Shown piece by piece: positions 43,072-45,174 of a stretch of DNA of 45,174 nt. The notes below the pieces were generated by a model, which had not been told where the DNA came from, did not search any database, and saw only the letters and a list, made by a program, of their open reading frames with translations. Both the position numbers and the translations under genes were made by a program. Each line of letters opens with the position of its first letter. Position 1 is the stretch's first letter. This stretch comes from a virus (taxonomy: Duplodnaviria > Caudoviricetes). The DNA is taken from IMG/VR virus record IMGVR_UViG_3300031450_000007, positions 1-45,174 of that record; one strand, 5' to 3'.

Positions 43072-44021
43072 GGCTTCGCCTTCCGGGACCGCTTGACCTC
43101 AACCCAGCTCGACGGCGCACCCTGCCGCTCGGGCCACGGGCCGACCAGCAGCTCGTAGCCCTCCCTGTCCAGCGCGGCCACGTCGACCGTTGTCGAGCCC
43201 CTACGGGACGCCTGGCGCACCGTCCAGCCGTCGACCGTGCCCGTCACCCCGTCGAGAACGGTCTTCGCTGCCGCCTTCCGCTTAGCCAGGTCCGCCAGCT
43301 CAGCGAGGTCGAGGACTGCCTGACGCTGACGTTCGTCGTCCAGCTCGGGCAGGTCGCGGACGCCCCATGACGGGCAGCCCCCCTGAGTGCCGTCCGGGTC
43401 GTAGAACGGGCACCAATGCTGGCAGTACGACGGGTCCTTACCGAACCGCGGCGGCTCATCCTGCTCAGCCAGGACGGCCAGGTCGGCGACAGCATCCTCG
43501 GCGACCTGTGGGTCGTAGGGCTCCTCCCATGTCACCACTTCCTCGGACGAGTCGACCGCGTAGGCGGTGATCCGCACCGTGTGGACCGGAAGGCCGCTCT
43601 CGGCGATCGCCCGGGCGTAGCCCTGCACCTGCACCCGCCATGCCCGTGAGGGGCCGTACAGGCGCAGCGAGCGGACCTTGTCACCGTCGCCGGTCTTGGT
43701 GTCCTCGACTACCCCGTCGAGGTACAGGTCGACGTTGCCGGGGATGCCGGCGAACTCAACGGGCAGCTCCGTCTCCCACCCGGCCGCGACAAAGGCCGGC
43801 TCGACGTAGGCGTGGATCGCGTGGCCCCGCAGGGATGCGAGCACACGCATGTTCGGCCGGTTGACCTGCGGCACGCCGTGCAGCCGGGACCACGTCTCGC
43901 GCCGGCAGTCGGATGCGACTGACGACCAGCCGATCGACTCCTGCTGCGAGCGGGGTAGTGCGTCCTCGTGCTCGCGGAGCAGGGCCAGGCGCTCGGCGGC
44001 GATGTCGTCTCTGATAGTCAT
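43068..44021 (-). CDS. Cas4-like PD-(D/E)XK exonuclease
   Basis: CRR, G.AIH, GNVDL..EDTKT, QVQGY, CQHWCPF..C. Confidence 0.85.
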   Translation of the reverse strand: MTIRDDIAAERLALLREHEDALPRSQQESIGWSSVASDCRRETWSRLHGVPQVNRPNMRVLASLRGHAIHAYVEPAFVAAGWETELPVEFAGIPGNVDLYLDGVVEDTKTGDGDKVRSLRLYGPSRAWRVQVQGYARAIAESGLPVHTVRITAYAVDSSEEVVTWEEPYDPQVAEDAVADLAVLAEQDEPPRFGKDPSYCQHWCPFYDPDGTQGGCPSWGVRDLPELDDERQRQAVLDLAELADLAKRKAAAKTVLDGVTGTVDGWTVRQASRRGSTTVDVAALDREGYELLVGPWPERQGAPSSWVEVKRSRKAKP

Positions 44022-44566
44022 GCGGCTGCGTTTCGTCTACGATCGCGGGCTTCGATCTCGCGAATGCGGCGGCAGGCGACGCAGTCACGGGTGTTCGGCT
44101 TAGGCATCCAGTAGGTGTTCTCAGGAGTGCGCGGGTGGCCGCGCCTGCAGTGCTCTCGCGGGTCGTATCCCTCCCGGGCCATAAAACCCCGCGCATTGTT
44201 CTCGTTATTCGTCACGGGCTCCAGGTGTGCCGGATTGACACAGTCGCGCCTACGGCACAGGTGGTCGATATGCAGCCCGCTCGGAATTGGGCCGCACACC
44301 ATCTCGTAGATAAAGCAATGCGCCCTCGTGCGTGACGCCATGGCATAACCGCTGTGGTTCAGCTTGCCACCCCACGGGATGCACTCGTCCGTCGGCAGCA
44401 TTGCGACGATCTCATTGAACGGCGCCATACGCAGGTTGACTCTGTGACCCCGCATCTGCAGCCGTGCGCCTTCCCTCAAAGACGCAAAAGGGATGCCACA
44501 ACTGCACGCGTAGGACTCGCCTAGGTGAATTAGCGCGTGGCCGACCAGCCGGCCTTCGCGGATCAC
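44018..44566 (-). CDS. HNH endonuclease with N-terminal extension
   Basis: CIPWGG, IDHLCRRRDCVNPAHLEPVT..EN, HCRRGH..NTY..CVAC. Confidence 0.85.
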   Translation of the reverse strand: MIREGRLVGHALIHLGESYACSCGIPFASLREGARLQMRGHRVNLRMAPFNEIVAMLPTDECIPWGGKLNHSGYAMASRTRAHCFIYEMVCGPIPSGLHIDHLCRRRDCVNPAHLEPVTNNENNARGFMAREGYDPREHCRRGHPRTPENTYWMPKPNTRDCVACRRIREIEARDRRRNAAA

Positions 44567-44922
44567 GGCGTGACCCCTGACTGCGCCAGGCTGACCTCAG
44601 CCTTGATCGCACTCCCGAATGAACGGCCACACTCGATGCGAACCGCGATGGACCGTAGTCGCTCTCGGCACGACCGGACCCGCTGGTCTGCGATCTCTAC
44701 ATCAAGCCATTCGGACTCAACTAGCAGCCGCGCTGCCTGCTTACGGTTGTCGACCGATCCCTCGCCCTCGAGGAACGCCCTCGCAAAGGTGATCTCGTAC
44801 CGCGCACGCGCACGTACCGCCGCCTCATCGAGCCGAGACAGCTCAGCGGTCGCATGGTCGTGCTCGCGAGCTAAGGACAGCAGGTGCTGCGCGACCTCGG
44901 TCGCCGTTTGCGGCGCGCTCAT
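44563..44922 (-). CDS. Coiled-coil hypothetical protein
   Basis: Helical; ATGA/GTGA overlaps. Confidence 0.65.
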   Translation of the reverse strand: MSAPQTATEVAQHLLSLAREHDHATAELSRLDEAAVRARARYEITFARAFLEGEGSVDNRKQAARLLVESEWLDVEIADQRVRSCRERLRSIAVRIECGRSFGSAIKAEVSLAQSGVTP

Positions 44923-45164
44923 GCCTGGCCGCCGAGGAAAGGGCCGCCGGGATACGCGACTGCGCGACCCTTTGGGCTGATGTAGACGGCGCCGCTGAAG
45001 CAGCTTGAGCAGTCGACCGGCTCCATCATGTCGTGGCCGCCGGCCACGACACCGCGGCCGCGGCAACGGGTGCAGGTCTTGACCTGCCAGCCGAGGTAAC
45101 CGGCTCTTCGCGGTGAAAGGTGATTGATCTTGGTGGGTGTGTCGTAGCGGGCTGTGAGGCTCAC
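44919..45164 (-). CDS. Zn-finger hypothetical protein
   Basis: CTRCRGRG...CSSCFSG. Confidence 0.6.
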   Translation of the reverse strand: MSLTARYDTPTKINHLSPRRAGYLGWQVKTCTRCRGRGVVAGGHDMMEPVDCSSCFSGAVYISPKGRAVAYPGGPFLGGQA

Positions 45165-45174
45165 GGCCTCCGAG

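Larger units (their letters stand above)
1..45174. mobile_element. Temperate siphovirus (prophage or phage contig) of a high-GC actinobacterial host
   Basis: Ordered modules: integrase, lysis, tail, head, packaging, replication/recombination. No host housekeeping genes and no attL/attR seen. Confidence 0.95.

Noticed and set aside
43068-44021. Cas4-like nuclease as evidence of a CRISPR system
   Set aside because: No other cas genes or array; stand-alone Cas4-like exonucleases are common phage recombination genes
1-45174. tRNA, rRNA genes or attL/attR direct repeats
   Set aside because: None recognised by eye; a tRNAscan/Infernal run and flanking sequence would be needed

Overview
A near-complete, high-GC (Actinomycetota-type) temperate siphovirus genome or prophage. 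The + strand carries a partial upstream CDS, a short XerC/D-like tyrosine recombinase and a membrane-anchored protein (1-1670). Everything else is on the - strand and reads from right to left: early recombination/replication genes and many small Zn-binding ORFs (45164-33522), terminase, portal, prohead protease, a glycosyltransferase/methyltransferase cassette, HK97-fold capsid, head-tail connectors, tail tube, chaperones, tape measure, tail-tip genes and lysis. The most notable features are: (1) a 370-aa LAGLIDADG intein with a C2H2-like Zn finger splitting the lytic transglycosylase domain of the tape measure protein; (2) a portal / PG-binding / His-rich / MuF fusion; (3) a two-glycosyltransferase plus methyltransferase cassette inside the head module, in a phage that also has a GH26 hydrolase and a Thr/Ala-rich 15x20-aa repeat tail protein; (4) an HNH gene whose RBS is buried in a perfect 16-bp hairpin. 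No database searches were run. Product calls come from motifs recognised by eye and from gene order, and several starts were moved to RBS or overlap-supported codons.
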